Assembly (NCBI GenBank): GCA_043778225.1
Contig: JAYWGM010000101.1
Span: 1 to 64,000 of the forward strand
Reading direction: 5' to 3'
Source: Deinococcales bacterium
GTDB lineage: Bacteria > Deinococcota > Deinococci > Deinococcales > JAAFIG01
Length of the DNA stretch: 64,000 nucleotides
The notes below the pieces were generated by a model. That model searched no databases. It was not told the origin of the DNA and worked only from the letters and a program-made list of their open reading frames with translations. The position numbers and the translations under genes were made by a program. This document shows, piece after piece, positions 47,840 to 58,077 of this stretch; position 1 is the stretch's first letter; every line of letters begins with the position of its first letter.

Positions 47840-48051
47840 ACCAAGTCGGGGTGCTTGCATTGCTCGAGGTGGTCTCGGGTCTTGAAGTCAGTGTTGGGCA
47901 AATCTGCGGCGGGCGGGTGGCAGCTGTCTGGTTAGGCGATTGCCTCGAGCTTGTGTCGTGTACCCTCGAGCCATTTGAATTATCCGATGCGGTTTTGTGT
48001 CGGACTCGAGCCTTGCAGTTTGTGGCTGAGATTCAAGCAATTCTTGATTAA
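47836..48051 (+). CDS. Hypothetical protein
   Basis: ATGA coupling to the upstream gene; no motif. Confidence 0.4.
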   Translation: MNQVGVLALLEVVSGLEVSVGQICGGRVAAVWLGDCLELVSCTLEPFELSDAVLCRTRALQFVAEIQAILD

Positions 48052-48174
48052 ACGGGCGTTTGTGTCTGGACAACTTGTGATAAATAGTGCAAGCTATTGG
48101 CACTGAGGGCGGATGCCTTCTGCCAAGGCGTTAAACTCTTGGTTAAGCGCCACTCGAGGCTTTAAGGATAAATT

Positions 48175-50391
48175 ATGTTCAAGAAAATAGCTGATTTGGT
48201 TGCCACTCGCCCTGTTTGGATACTTGGATTCTGGGCAATTGTGCTGCTGCTTTGTATCTTGCCAGCTTCCTTGACGGGTAAAAATCTGGTTGGCAATGCC
48301 AGTGCTTTACCGGGCAGCGAAGCCGAACGGGTCAATCAAATTATCGAAAATGAATTTAAGCTCGAGCGCGTAGATACGACACTGGTTGTGACCGAAAGCA
48401 CTCCACAAGCCGATAACGCAGCTTTCCTCGAGCAGTACAAGTTGCTGGTGACTAAGCTCGAGGCAATCGAAGGCGTAAACAGCGTCACGCGCTTTGATGC
48501 CGACAGCCCCTTAAAACTGACGGGCGAAGTTGGTGGCAAACTGATTCGTGCCACAATTCTCAGCACCCGTCTGACCGAACCCAACCCAGTTCTCGAGGCG
48601 ATTCGCAAAACTGCACTTGAAGCCAACCTGCCAGAAACCAAGGTTTTTGTAACGGGTGCAAGTGCAATCACCAAAGATTTTCTTGAGAAATCCGAAGAGG
48701 ACACCAAGAACAGCGAATTGGCAGCCTTACCTTTAATTGCACTGGTTTTGGTTTTTGCCTTTGGCGCACTGGTGGCGGCGGGTATTCCAATTTTGGTCGG
48801 CGTGGTTTCGATTACCATCACCATGGCGGCTGTTTACGGTATCACCCAGTTTATTGAAGTCTCGAGTTTTGCCCAAGCAGTTGTTACCATGCTCGGCTTG
48901 GGGGCTGGGATAGATTACGCGCTTTTGATGGTCAATCGTTTCCGCGAAGAATTAGCCCACGGACACGCCCCGCGAGTTGCCGCCGCCAACACCACCCGCA
49001 CCGCCGGACGAGCCGTTGGCTTTAGCGGTTTAACGGTGGCGATTGCCATGGCTGCCCTTTTAATTCCCAACCTGACTTTTGTTCGCAGCATGGGAATAGC
49101 GGGTGTACTGGTGGTTTTAATGACGGTGCTGGTCAGCACCACGGCTGTACCAGCCTTGCTGGCTTTAATTGGCGACCGCGTCAACAGTCCACGCAAACTA
49201 CAATTTAAGCTGACCTCGAGCGGTAAGGGCAGTTTTTTCTGGGCAAATGTCGCCGAAAAGGTCATGCAGCGACCAATTCCTTGGGTGATGGGCGTGGTCG
49301 CGTTTCTGCTTTTGGTTGCCAGTCCAGCCCTGAATATGCAGCTTGGTTATACGGGTGCATTTGGGCTCTCTTCGAGCGTTGAATCACGGCGTGGTTTAGA
49401 ACTGATTCGCCCACTTGAACTCGGTGGCAGTTTAGACCAATTTGAAATCATTCTCGAGACCGATAATTTCCGTGAAGCCCGCAATAAATGGCGTGCTTTG
49501 GATGCCGACATTGCCAAATGGGATGAAGTTCGCTTGGTGATTTCACCGTTCCTGACTTCTCGAGCCGATTTTTCGACCGATACTGGTGGCAATAGCTTAG
49601 CCGCCCTGACCAACCTGACCGAGCGCAGCATCTCCAAAGACCGCAAATACTTACGCCTTTCGGTGATTCCAAAAGATGCGGTTCGTCCTACCGAAATTCC
49701 AGCTTGGCTCGAGAAACTACGCATCGCTGGCAAAAATGCTGGTTTTGACAAAGTGCTGTTGGGTGGCGCTCCAGTTGGCAGCCAAGAATTTACCAATGCG
49801 CTGGTCAGCGCCATGCCAATTGCGATTATTGCGGTTTTTATCGCCACCTTTATCCTTTTAGCCATCGCGTTTAGAAGCATTGTGATTCCGATTAAAAGCA
49901 TCATCATGAATACCCTGACTGTGGCTGCCAGCTATGGCGTGATTACCTTGGTTTTCCAAAATGGTTTCTTGGCGGATTTTTTCAAGATTCCGACCGACAT
50001 TGGCGCAATAGACTCGAGCCTGCCGTTGGTGATGTTTGCCGTTACTTTTGGGCTGAGCATGGACTACGAAATTTTTCTGCTCTCGAGGGTTCAAGAGGCA
50101 CACTTGGCTGGCATGAACACCCACGATGCGGTCAAAAGTGCGGTGCAAAGTACGGCTGGCGTGATTACCAGTGCGGCACTGATTATGCTGATTGTCTTTG
50201 GTGCGTTTGTCTCTGGCGAGGTGGTTGCCAATAAAACGATTGGGCTTGGCTTGGCGGTGGCGGTCTTTTTAGATGCGACGCTGGTGCGCTTGGTGCTTGT
50301 TCCCGCCGTGATGATGCTGGCTGGCGAATGGAACTGGTGGCTGCCTAAGCGCCTTGCTAAGGTCATGCCCAAGCTCAGTCTCGAGCATTAA
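48175..50391 (+). CDS. MMPL/RND-family transporter
   Basis: GLGAGIDYAL...RFREEL; FGLSMDYEIFLLSRVQE; DATLVRLVLVPA...GEWNWW. Confidence 0.92.
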   Translation: MFKKIADLVATRPVWILGFWAIVLLLCILPASLTGKNLVGNASALPGSEAERVNQIIENEFKLERVDTTLVVTESTPQADNAAFLEQYKLLVTKLEAIEGVNSVTRFDADSPLKLTGEVGGKLIRATILSTRLTEPNPVLEAIRKTALEANLPETKVFVTGASAITKDFLEKSEEDTKNSELAALPLIALVLVFAFGALVAAGIPILVGVVSITITMAAVYGITQFIEVSSFAQAVVTMLGLGAGIDYALLMVNRFREELAHGHAPRVAAANTTRTAGRAVGFSGLTVAIAMAALLIPNLTFVRSMGIAGVLVVLMTVLVSTTAVPALLALIGDRVNSPRKLQFKLTSSGKGSFFWANVAEKVMQRPIPWVMGVVAFLLLVASPALNMQLGYTGAFGLSSSVESRRGLELIRPLELGGSLDQFEIILETDNFREARNKWRALDADIAKWDEVRLVISPFLTSRADFSTDTGGNSLAALTNLTERSISKDRKYLRLSVIPKDAVRPTEIPAWLEKLRIAGKNAGFDKVLLGGAPVGSQEFTNALVSAMPIAIIAVFIATFILLAIAFRSIVIPIKSIIMNTLTVAASYGVITLVFQNGFLADFFKIPTDIGAIDSSLPLVMFAVTFGLSMDYEIFLLSRVQEAHLAGMNTHDAVKSAVQSTAGVITSAALIMLIVFGAFVSGEVVANKTIGLGLAVAVFLDATLVRLVLVPAVMMLAGEWNWWLPKRLAKVMPKLSLEH

Positions 50392-50446
50392 AAACTGTAG
50401 GCAACACCCCTTGTTATACCTGATTGGTTTTCATAATATATGAAGC

Positions 50447-50532
50447 GGTCAACGGGAGTGCCGTCCTTAGAACACGGCTGAGAAATATCCCCTGAACCTG
50501 ACGCGGTTAATACCGCCGTAGGGAGCGTGACC
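50447..50532 (+). ncRNA. TPP riboswitch
   Basis: GGAGTGC...GCTGAGA...CCC-TGAACCTGA...GGTTAATACC...GTAGGGA consensus; hairpin over the SD just upstream of thiB. Confidence 0.93.
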
Positions 50533-50591
50533 AGACACCCGAGGAGACTCGAGGTCTGACGCTTCCTCTTTCGCTCGAAAGGGGATTTTTT

Positions 50592-51614
50592 ATGCAAAAA
50601 GCAGTTTGTTTTGGTGTCGTAGCGCTCTTGGCTGGTTTCTCGAGCGCCCAACAAAGAACCGTAACGGTTATCACTCACGATTCATTTAATCTTTCTAAAG
50701 AAGTTGTGCAAGCCTTTGAACAAAGAGAAAAGATCAAAATTGCTTTTATCAAAGGTGGCGATGCTGGCGCAATGACCAACCGTTTAGTTTTAACCAAAGA
50801 AAGCCCGATTGCCGATGTGGTCTACGGGATTGATAACACTTTATTGGCTCGAGCCTTAAAGGCAGACATCCTCGAGGTTTACCGCCCTCAAGCGGCTGCT
50901 TTGCTCGAGAAAAACACGCTGCTGGATTCAAAATGGCGCATCAGCCCAGTGGATTATGGTTATGTTGCGCTGAATTATGATTTGGCGTGGTTTGAAAAAA
51001 ATAAACTGGCATTGCCAAAAACCCTTGAGGATTTGACCAAACCCGCCTATAAAGGGCTGCTGGTGCTGCAAAACCCTGCCACCTCGAGTCCGGGCTTGGC
51101 GTTTTTATTAGGCACAATCAAGCACTTTGGCGAACAGGGCGCATTTAATTTTTGGGCAGCCCTACAAAAAAACGACCTCAAAGTCACCTCGGGCTGGGAA
51201 GTCGCGTACTACACCGATTTTAGCCGCAATGGTGGCTCGAGACCAATCGTGGTTTCGTATGCCTCGAGTCCAGCCGCCGAAGTTTTTTATGGCGACGGAA
51301 AAACCGCCACCACGGCTAATTTACTGCTGCTCGGCTCAAGCTTTTTGCAAATTGAAGGGGTAGCGATGCTGAAAGGCGCTAAAAACCCCGACCTTGCCAA
51401 AAAATTTATAGACTTTATGCTCGAGCCAGCCACCCAAACCGATATTCCAAGCCAGATGTGGGTGTATCCAAGTCGGCGCGGTATTACCCTGCCAGAGGTC
51501 TTTCAGTTTGCCCAAAAACCGCTACAAATCTCGAGCCTATCGCCAAGTACGATTGCCGCCAACGAAAAACGCTGGGTGCAGCGCTGGACAGAAGTTGTGC
51601 TGCAAAAGCGCTAA
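50592..51614 (+). CDS. thiB: Thiamine ABC transporter substrate-binding protein
   Basis: THDSF, ADVVYGIDN, PATSSPGLAFL, VSYASSP, WVYP; downstream of a TPP riboswitch. Confidence 0.9.
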   Translation: MQKAVCFGVVALLAGFSSAQQRTVTVITHDSFNLSKEVVQAFEQREKIKIAFIKGGDAGAMTNRLVLTKESPIADVVYGIDNTLLARALKADILEVYRPQAAALLEKNTLLDSKWRISPVDYGYVALNYDLAWFEKNKLALPKTLEDLTKPAYKGLLVLQNPATSSPGLAFLLGTIKHFGEQGAFNFWAALQKNDLKVTSGWEVAYYTDFSRNGGSRPIVVSYASSPAAEVFYGDGKTATTANLLLLGSSFLQIEGVAMLKGAKNPDLAKKFIDFMLEPATQTDIPSQMWVYPSRRGITLPEVFQFAQKPLQISSLSPSTIAANEKRWVQRWTEVVLQKR

Positions 51615-51632
51615 GTTTGCTATGCTGCCCTT

Positions 51633-52085
51633 ATGACTACCCTGGCTGAGATTCGCCAAGCCACCCTTGCCGACCTCGAGATTCTTGTGCCGCTTTTTGA
51701 TGCTTACCGCCAATTCTATAAACAAACCCCAGATTTGGCGGGCGCTCGAGCTTACTTACAAGCCCGTCTTGAGCGCCAAGAAGCCACTGTTTTTCTTGCC
51801 CAAAAGGATGGGCTAGTTTTGGCATTTGCGCTTTTATACGACACCTTCTCGAGTGTTCCGATGCAGCACTTGACAATTCTTAACGACCTCTACACCGTCC
51901 CCGAAGCTCGAGGTATGGGCTTGGCTTCGGCTTTAGTCGAGGCGGCTCGAGTTTATGCCCAGAGCCAAAAATCGGTTTTTTTGCGCTTGCGAACGGCTCA
52001 GGATAATTTTATTGCTCAAAGTCTCTACGAGCGGCTTGGCTTTGTCAAAGACGAAGTGTATCTGACTTATAACCTAAAGCCGTAA
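51633..52085 (+). CDS. GNAT N-acetyltransferase
   Basis: LNDLYTVPEARGMG, TAQDNFIAQSLYERLGF. Confidence 0.9.
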   Translation: MTTLAEIRQATLADLEILVPLFDAYRQFYKQTPDLAGARAYLQARLERQEATVFLAQKDGLVLAFALLYDTFSSVPMQHLTILNDLYTVPEARGMGLASALVEAARVYAQSQKSVFLRLRTAQDNFIAQSLYERLGFVKDEVYLTYNLKP

Positions 52086-52086
52086 A

Positions 52087-53229
52087 TCACAATGCCCCAA
52101 TACGTCGGACTGCTTCGGCGATTTGCTCGAGGCTACAGGCATAGGAAAGGCGCACTTTGCCAAATGCCCGAAAATCTGTACCGGGAACAACCGCCACTTT
52201 GGCTTCTTCGAGAATGATTTTGGCTGCCTCGGCTTCGTCCGAATGTATGCGGGTCGTGTCTGCCAGCACATAAAACGCGCCATCTGGGGTCGGGGTCGGG
52301 CAACCAATCGCGTTTAAGCCAGCCACAATCGCATTGCGCCGTTCTAAAAAGGCGGCTCGAGCCATTTCTATGTATGCCTTGGTGTCGTTGAGGGCGGCGA
52401 TCGTTGCCCACTGGGCGATGCTGTTGGCGCTGCTGGTGGTTTGCCCCTGAATCGCATCCATGGCTTTGATAATATGGGCTGGTGCGGCGGCAAAACCAAT
52501 CCGCCAACCCGTCATGCTGTAGGCTTTAGAAGCCCCGTTAATCGTAATCACCCGTTCTGGATTCAATCTGCCAGCGCTGATGGGCAACGCACCCGTATAG
52601 GTGATGTGTTCGTACATTTCGTCGGTCATGACCCAAAGGTCGTGTTTTTCGGCAATTTCCATGATGCCAGCTATTGTTTGGTCCGAATAAACCACCCCAG
52701 ATGGATTGCTTGGGCTGTTCAAAATAATCATTTTGGTTTTAGCGGTCACGGCGTTCTCGAGCGCCGAGAGTTCTAACTGATAGCCATGAGCAGCTTCGGT
52801 GTCCACAAAAACAGGAATTCCACCAAACATCTGAACTTGCTCGGGGTAGGTGACCCAAAATGGCGCGGGGATAATCACTTCGTCGCCAGGGTTAATCAGG
52901 GCAAAACAGGCATTGTACAACGCCTGTTTGCCGCCGCTCGTAACTTGAATTTGCCCAATGCCATACTCGAGTTTATTTTCGCGCTTAAATTTGGCAGCAA
53001 TCGCTTCGCGCAGTTCTGGTACACCCAGACTTGGGGTGTACTTGGTTTTGCCACGCGCCAAGGCTTCTCGAGCCGCATCTTTGATGTGTTCGGGGGTGTC
53101 AAAATCGGGTTCGCCAACCGACATCGAAATGATGTCTATGCCCGAGCGTTTTAATTCCATGGCTCGAGCCGTCACGGCAACCGTACTCGAGGGTTTGAGT
53201 TTGCTGCTGGCAACAGAAAGTGGCTTCAT
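52087..53229 (-). CDS. PLP-dependent class I aminotransferase (aspartate aminotransferase-like)
   Basis: GEPDF, NSPSNPSG, DEMY, SKAYSMTGWRIG; TATATT 7 nt before ATG at 53229. Confidence 0.92.
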   Translation of the reverse strand: MKPLSVASSKLKPSSTVAVTARAMELKRSGIDIISMSVGEPDFDTPEHIKDAAREALARGKTKYTPSLGVPELREAIAAKFKRENKLEYGIGQIQVTSGGKQALYNACFALINPGDEVIIPAPFWVTYPEQVQMFGGIPVFVDTEAAHGYQLELSALENAVTAKTKMIILNSPSNPSGVVYSDQTIAGIMEIAEKHDLWVMTDEMYEHITYTGALPISAGRLNPERVITINGASKAYSMTGWRIGFAAAPAHIIKAMDAIQGQTTSSANSIAQWATIAALNDTKAYIEMARAAFLERRNAIVAGLNAIGCPTPTPDGAFYVLADTTRIHSDEAEAAKIILEEAKVAVVPGTDFRAFGKVRLSYACSLEQIAEAVRRIGAL

Positions 53230-53273
53230 GCTGGTCAATATACCTTGGGAGGAGATGGTGATTTGGCTATTTT

Positions 53274-54047
53274 TTAGAAATCCTCCCAAGCAATCTGGCT
53301 GATTCCAAACCTTGGCACAGCCACTCGAGTCCCGCCAAGCGCAAAGACTTCTTGGCTAAAAACTTGGCTCGAGCTTTGGCTATGCAGTTCAGGCAGCAGT
53401 TTATCGATGCCACTGCCAATCGCGCTCTGGCTTTGGTGTGCCAGAATGGCTTGGCGTTTTGACTCCAGAACTGCCGTGCAATCGATGCTTAAAAATGGGT
53501 CTGAAAGTGCAAATTCGGCACTGTCAAAACTGCCAAAGCCAGCCTGGTTAAAGCGCTCGAGCATTGCAACCGTTGGCATGATGTACAACAACTGCTTGGG
53601 GGCTTGGCTCGAGAAAAATGCCGCACTGGCAATTCGGTGCGTAGCAATGTGGTCTGGGTGTCCATAAAACCCGCGTGGGTCAAAGGTCAGCAGCACATCT
53701 GGCTGCGTTTGGGCAATCACGGCTGCCACTTCTCGAGCCACGGCAAATATATCGGCATCCACCAAACGATTTGATAATTGGCTGGGGCGACGAAAACCGC
53801 TGTCGTGGTACTCGAGAAAACGCGGTGCTTGTGTGCCTAGAATCTGGCAGGCTTTTTCTAACTCGAGTTGGCGCAGTTGGGCAATGGTGCGTCCAGCCAG
53901 CAGTTGTGGGGCAACATGACCCGCCTCGCCTCGAGTTAGGCACAGCAGGTCTATGTGAACCCCTTGGGCTGCCAGCCGTGCCAGTGTGCCGCCACAGCAA
54001 AAACTTTCATCGTCTGGATGTGCAAAAACAGCAAGTAGTCTGGGCAT
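53274..54047 (-). CDS. PIG-L/LmbE-family deacetylase (MshB/BshB-like)
   Basis: AHPDDE, TRGEAG, GFYGHPDH, HQSQ. Confidence 0.88.
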   Translation of the reverse strand: MPRLLAVFAHPDDESFCCGGTLARLAAQGVHIDLLCLTRGEAGHVAPQLLAGRTIAQLRQLELEKACQILGTQAPRFLEYHDSGFRRPSQLSNRLVDADIFAVAREVAAVIAQTQPDVLLTFDPRGFYGHPDHIATHRIASAAFFSSQAPKQLLYIMPTVAMLERFNQAGFGSFDSAEFALSDPFLSIDCTAVLESKRQAILAHQSQSAIGSGIDKLLPELHSQSSSQVFSQEVFALGGTRVAVPRFGISQIAWEDF

Positions 54048-54121
54048 CATGCAATCATAGCCCAAGGCGACGTATAATCTTAGAACGAGCAACACAAAAA
54101 CAAAAGCTCGCTGGAGGCGGT

Positions 54122-55393
54122 ATGAAAAAGAGATATGCAGTTGGTGTGGTGGCATTAGGCGCGGCATTAGCAATGGGAGTCAGCGCTCAGGGCAGCAAAA
54201 CCCCTGTTTTGTACTGGCAATATCAATTTGACAGCAAAGTCAATTTTGTCAACGAATTGATGGCAGAATTTAATAAAGCCAACCCAGACATCGAAGTCAA
54301 ACAAGAAAACTTTCCGTATGCCGATTACATCGCTAAAGTCAAAAGCGCGGTCGGGGCTGGACAAGGACCAGATGTGGTCAACCTGTTTTACGGCTGGATT
54401 CCAGATTGGGTGGCTGGCGGTTATTTGCAAGCCCTACCGACATCGGCATTTAGTGCCAAAGCCCTCGAGGAAAGCGTTGGACCACTGGCAAAAGCTGGCA
54501 AAGTCAACAACCAATACTGGGCAGTGCCAACCGCCGTGCGTACCCTAGCAATTTTTTACAACAAGGATTTATTTAAGGCAGCCGGTATCACAAAAACGCC
54601 GCGCACCTGGGCAGAATTTGAAGCGGCTGGCAAGAAAATCCAAAAGACCGAAAATGGCAAAACCACAATTGCTGGTATTGCGATTCAGCCTGAAGGTCAA
54701 GACCACCATCTGTTCCGCGAAGTCCTGAGCCGTCAATGGGGCGGTAAGCCATACACGGGCGACTTTAAGCAAATTACGTACAACAGCAGCGCTGGTCTCG
54801 AGGCGTTCAAATGGTACACTGGTCTGATTGAACGTGGTGCAGCCACTCGAGGTCTCGATATGCTGCCCGGTTCGGGCAATGCGTACCGCGATACTTTTAT
54901 TTCTGGCAAAGCGGGCATGATTGTCGACGGTTCGTTTGCGATTGGGGCAATCCGCAGTGGCGCAAAGTTTGATTGGGGCGTATTTGAACTGCCAACCAAA
55001 GAACTTGGTGGCGTGCGGGCAAACTTTGGTTCGTACTGGGTGCATGGCGTAACCCCCAATGCCAAAGGTGCAAAACTTGAAGCCAGCACCAAATGGCTTA
55101 AATTTCTGACTTCCGACCCCGTCCAGCGCCGTTGGTTACAAAAAATTGGCGAAATCCCAGCCAGTGCTACTTTGGCAAGCGATAAAGCCTTGCGTAACGA
55201 CCCCGTGTTTGGACCATTTGTGGCAAGTTTGCCGTTTGCTCGAGCCACCTATTTTGTGGACGAAGCCGGTCAACGCAAAGCCATGTCGGACGCGATGAAT
55301 AGCGTTTGGCTGACCAAAGCTGCACCAAGCGAAGCACTGAAAGCCTCGGCAAGTGGCGAACAAAAACTGCTCGATATGTTCTTCAAGAAGTAA
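54122..55393 (+). CDS. Sugar ABC transporter substrate-binding protein (family 1)
   Basis: GGAGG RBS; signal peptide; FNKANPDIEV, FYNKDLF, PRTWAEF, GKAGM. Confidence 0.88.
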   Translation: MKKRYAVGVVALGAALAMGVSAQGSKTPVLYWQYQFDSKVNFVNELMAEFNKANPDIEVKQENFPYADYIAKVKSAVGAGQGPDVVNLFYGWIPDWVAGGYLQALPTSAFSAKALEESVGPLAKAGKVNNQYWAVPTAVRTLAIFYNKDLFKAAGITKTPRTWAEFEAAGKKIQKTENGKTTIAGIAIQPEGQDHHLFREVLSRQWGGKPYTGDFKQITYNSSAGLEAFKWYTGLIERGAATRGLDMLPGSGNAYRDTFISGKAGMIVDGSFAIGAIRSGAKFDWGVFELPTKELGGVRANFGSYWVHGVTPNAKGAKLEASTKWLKFLTSDPVQRRWLQKIGEIPASATLASDKALRNDPVFGPFVASLPFARATYFVDEAGQRKAMSDAMNSVWLTKAAPSEALKASASGEQKLLDMFFKK

Positions 55394-55407
55394 ATTTAAG
55401 GGGTCAG

Positions 55408-55436
55408 TAAAGGCGAGCCTAGCTCGCCTTTATTTT
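55408..55436 (+). terminator. Intrinsic terminator
   Basis: TAAAGGCGAGC-CTA-GCTCGCCTTTA-TTTT. Confidence 0.75.
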
Positions 55437-55571
55437 GCTCGAGCCAAGAAAAAATACCCACTTGAGCTTCAGCTTGGTGGTGTAAACTTGAGTCATAACC
55501 GAATCTGTGGGCTGTAGCTTGCACTGGTTAAACTAAGCCGCGAGTTGCGGAAAAAAATCAAAGGAGAAATC

Positions 55572-56174
55572 ATGAAATACGAATTACCAGCCCTGACCTA
55601 TGCCCCCGAAGCCCTCGAGCCACACATTGACACCGCCACGATGCAGATTCATCATGGTAAGCACCACCAAGCCTATGTCAATAACTTAAACGCTGCCCTC
55701 GAGAAGCACCCAGAACTGACCATGCCACTCGAGGAAATGCTGCACGACCTCTCCAAAGTACCAGAAGACATTCGCGGCGCGGTTCGCAACAACGGCGGCG
55801 GACATTACAACCACGCCTTTTTCTGGACACTGATGACCCCCGGTGGCTCGAGTACCCCGGTTGGCGATTTGGCGGCGGCAATTACCCAAATGGGTGGCTT
55901 AGATACCCTAAAAGAAAAAGTCAATGCGGCTGGCACAACCCGTTTTGGCTCAGGCTGGGCATGGTTGGTGGTCAAAAATGGAGCGCTTGAAGTGGTCAGC
56001 ACCGCCAATCAGGACACCCCACTCGAGTTAGGTGCAAAACCAGTCTTGGGTGTGGATGTCTGGGAACACGCTTATTACCTCAAATACCAAAACTTGCGCC
56101 CTAAGTACCTCGAGTCTTGGTGGAATGTCGTTAATTGGGATGTTGCCGAAAAGAATTACCACGCAGCAAAATAG
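55572..56174 (+). CDS. sodA: Superoxide dismutase, Mn-type
   Basis: [35 protein letters not shown]. Confidence 0.93.
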   Translation: MKYELPALTYAPEALEPHIDTATMQIHHGKHHQAYVNNLNAALEKHPELTMPLEEMLHDLSKVPEDIRGAVRNNGGGHYNHAFFWTLMTPGGSSTPVGDLAAAITQMGGLDTLKEKVNAAGTTRFGSGWAWLVVKNGALEVVSTANQDTPLELGAKPVLGVDVWEHAYYLKYQNLRPKYLESWWNVVNWDVAEKNYHAAK

Positions 56175-56179
56175 TTTTA

Positions 56180-56253
56180 TCACCTCATAGCCTGTAGGAA
56201 TGTTCACCTCATAGCCTGTAGGGATGTCACCTCACTTGTTGGGGTGATTTTTT
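56180..56253 (+). terminator. sodA terminator preceded by tandem duplications of its 5' arm
   Basis: TCACCTCATAGCCTGTAGG twice, then TCACCTCA-CTTGT-TGGGGTGA-TTTTTT. Confidence 0.7.
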
Positions 56254-56269
56254 CTTGGTAACGTCTGCC

Positions 56270-56893
56270 ATGCCTCAAGTGCTGATTGTTGTTGCCACAC
56301 CACTCGAAGCCAAGCGCTTGCCAGAATTGCCAAACTCGAGGGTTGTGGTTTCGGGAATTGGCGCAGTCAACGCTGCCCTGACGACCTATGCTGCCCTGCT
56401 CGAGCAACCCGCCGATTTGGTTTTGTCGGTTGGGATTGCTGGAGCGTACCCAAATTCGGGTTTGGCACTGACCGATTGCATTGTCTCAAGCCAAATGGTC
56501 TACGCTGGGCTTGGGGTGCAAAATGGGTCTCGAGTAGATGCCCTAACCTTCCCAATTGCCCCAGATATTTTCCAGATTTTACCCGCTTGGCAGGGCGCAC
56601 AAGCCTTATCCAGCGCGGCGGGGTTGCCGTGTGGCACAATTGCCACGCTCGAGACCGTGACCACCGACATGGCTCGAGCCGAGGCTATTGAAAAACAATT
56701 TGAAGCTCGAGCCGAAGCCATGGAAGGGGCTGGGGTTGCCCAAGCTGGACTGCGTTTGGCTGTACCAGCCCTCGAGCTACGCAGTATCAGCAACATGGTG
56801 ACAGATAGGCAAAACTGGCAACTACAAGCCGCCCTCGAGCGCTTAGGGACAACACTCGAGGGCAATTGGGACACGTTGCTTGATTTACTTTAA
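56270..56893 (+). CDS. mqnB: Futalosine hydrolase
   Basis: VVATPLEA, SGIGAVNAA, GIAGAY, EAMEGAGVA, ELRSISN. Confidence 0.82.
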   Translation: MPQVLIVVATPLEAKRLPELPNSRVVVSGIGAVNAALTTYAALLEQPADLVLSVGIAGAYPNSGLALTDCIVSSQMVYAGLGVQNGSRVDALTFPIAPDIFQILPAWQGAQALSSAAGLPCGTIATLETVTTDMARAEAIEKQFEARAEAMEGAGVAQAGLRLAVPALELRSISNMVTDRQNWQLQAALERLGTTLEGNWDTLLDLL

Positions 56894-57363
56894 GCCACAA
56901 TCACGGCGTTGGCATGAGCATGACGATGCTCGAGTTCGCTGGGGGTGGCTTCGCGGATGCCGACAACCTTGACCCAAAACTCGAGTGAATTACCCGCCAA
57001 GGGGTGATTAAAGTCCACCAAGGCTTCTTCGCCTTCGATTTCCAAGACCACAAAACTGACCGCTTCGCCGTCTTCGTTTTCGCCCGTATAATGCCCACCA
57101 ATTTCGAGTTCGTCGTCAAAACTGTCTATCGGAATGGTCTGAATCATCTCTTCATCAAAGACCCCGTAGCCTTCGTCTGGTTCGATATAAATTGTTTTTT
57201 CTTCGCCCAGTTTCATACCTGCCAACGCCTTCTCGAGTCCAACGATGATGTTGCCATAACCATGCAAGTAAAGCAGTGGCTCGCCTTCGGATTCGTCCAC
57301 AATTTCTTCTTCGACCCGCAGCCGATACTCGAGGCTGACCACATCATCTTTTTGAATTGACAT
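56890..57363 (-). CDS. slyD: FKBP-type peptidyl-prolyl isomerase SlyD
   Basis: YLHGYGNIIVGLEKAL, VDFNHPLAG, REATPSELEHRHAH. Confidence 0.92.
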   Translation of the reverse strand: MSIQKDDVVSLEYRLRVEEEIVDESEGEPLLYLHGYGNIIVGLEKALAGMKLGEEKTIYIEPDEGYGVFDEEMIQTIPIDSFDDELEIGGHYTGENEDGEAVSFVVLEIEGEEALVDFNHPLAGNSLEFWVKVVGIREATPSELEHRHAHANAVIVA

Positions 57364-57373
57364 AAAAAACTCC

Positions 57374-57823
57374 TTAGCGGCTCGAGGCTCGAATCAACTC
57401 TAAAATGCTCCAGAGTGGTCGTTCTGCCTCAAAGCCAATATCTACACCGTACACCGAAAAGGCACGATTGCGAATGGCGCTTACGTCCCCAAATTCCTCG
57501 AGCGTGGTCGCATCGTTCAAAAATACGTTGTCGTAATCTAAGTGCAGCACCTTGGCAAAAAAATCTCGAGCCAAGGCTGCCTGAGCATCAACTCGAGATG
57601 TACTCGAGAACATTTCTTCGGGGGCTTCGCCGGGAATCGGCAGAGGTTTACCAACCGCCGCATGATAAATCAGCCGTTCATCGTATAAACGTTGTAATTC
57701 TTGCAGCGCCTCGTTTTGGGTTTGACCTGTGGCAATGAGGGCGTAAAACTCGAGCAAGGAGGCTTCCCAGACGTTCCAGTCGTCGCGGTGGGCTATTTTT
57801 AGGGTGTAATCGTTGAGCATCAT
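57374..57823 (-). CDS. Hypothetical protein with HicB-like N-terminus
   Basis: W-A-L-EF--LIATGQTQNEAL...GKPLPIP HicB-like pattern. Confidence 0.6.
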   Translation of the reverse strand: MMLNDYTLKIAHRDDWNVWEASLLEFYALIATGQTQNEALQELQRLYDERLIYHAAVGKPLPIPGEAPEEMFSSTSRVDAQAALARDFFAKVLHLDYDNVFLNDATTLEEFGDVSAIRNRAFSVYGVDIGFEAERPLWSILELIRASSR

Positions 57824-57831
57824 GGCGAGCT

Positions 57832-58077
57832 TTAAGAATCTTGAATGCGATCGAGAAAATCTGGTTCTCGAGAAGGAATTCGAGATAAAACACCTGTAAA
57901 TGCTGTTTCACTTGCTCGAATGGCGCGTTGTAGTAAATAATCTTCGGTCATTAAACTACTGACTTTTTCAGTCACCGCACTGACAATCAATTGGTTCATA
58001 CTGATGTTTTCTTGGTCAGCCAAGGCTTTTAAGTTTTTTTGCAAAGAATTTGGTAAACGAATGGTCATCGCGCTCAT
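57832..58077 (-). CDS. RHH antitoxin
   Basis: MTIRLPNSL...LADQENISMNQLI; coupled to the PIN gene. Confidence 0.8.
   Translation of the reverse strand: MSAMTIRLPNSLQKNLKALADQENISMNQLIVSAVTEKVSSLMTEDYLLQRAIRASETAFTGVLSRIPSREPDFLDRIQDS

Noticed and set aside
53675..54173. Long overlapping N-terminal extensions of the sugar SBP and PIG-L genes
   Set aside because: Shadow extensions; the signal peptide with RBS at 54122 and the -10 box before 54047 define divergent, non-overlapping genes.
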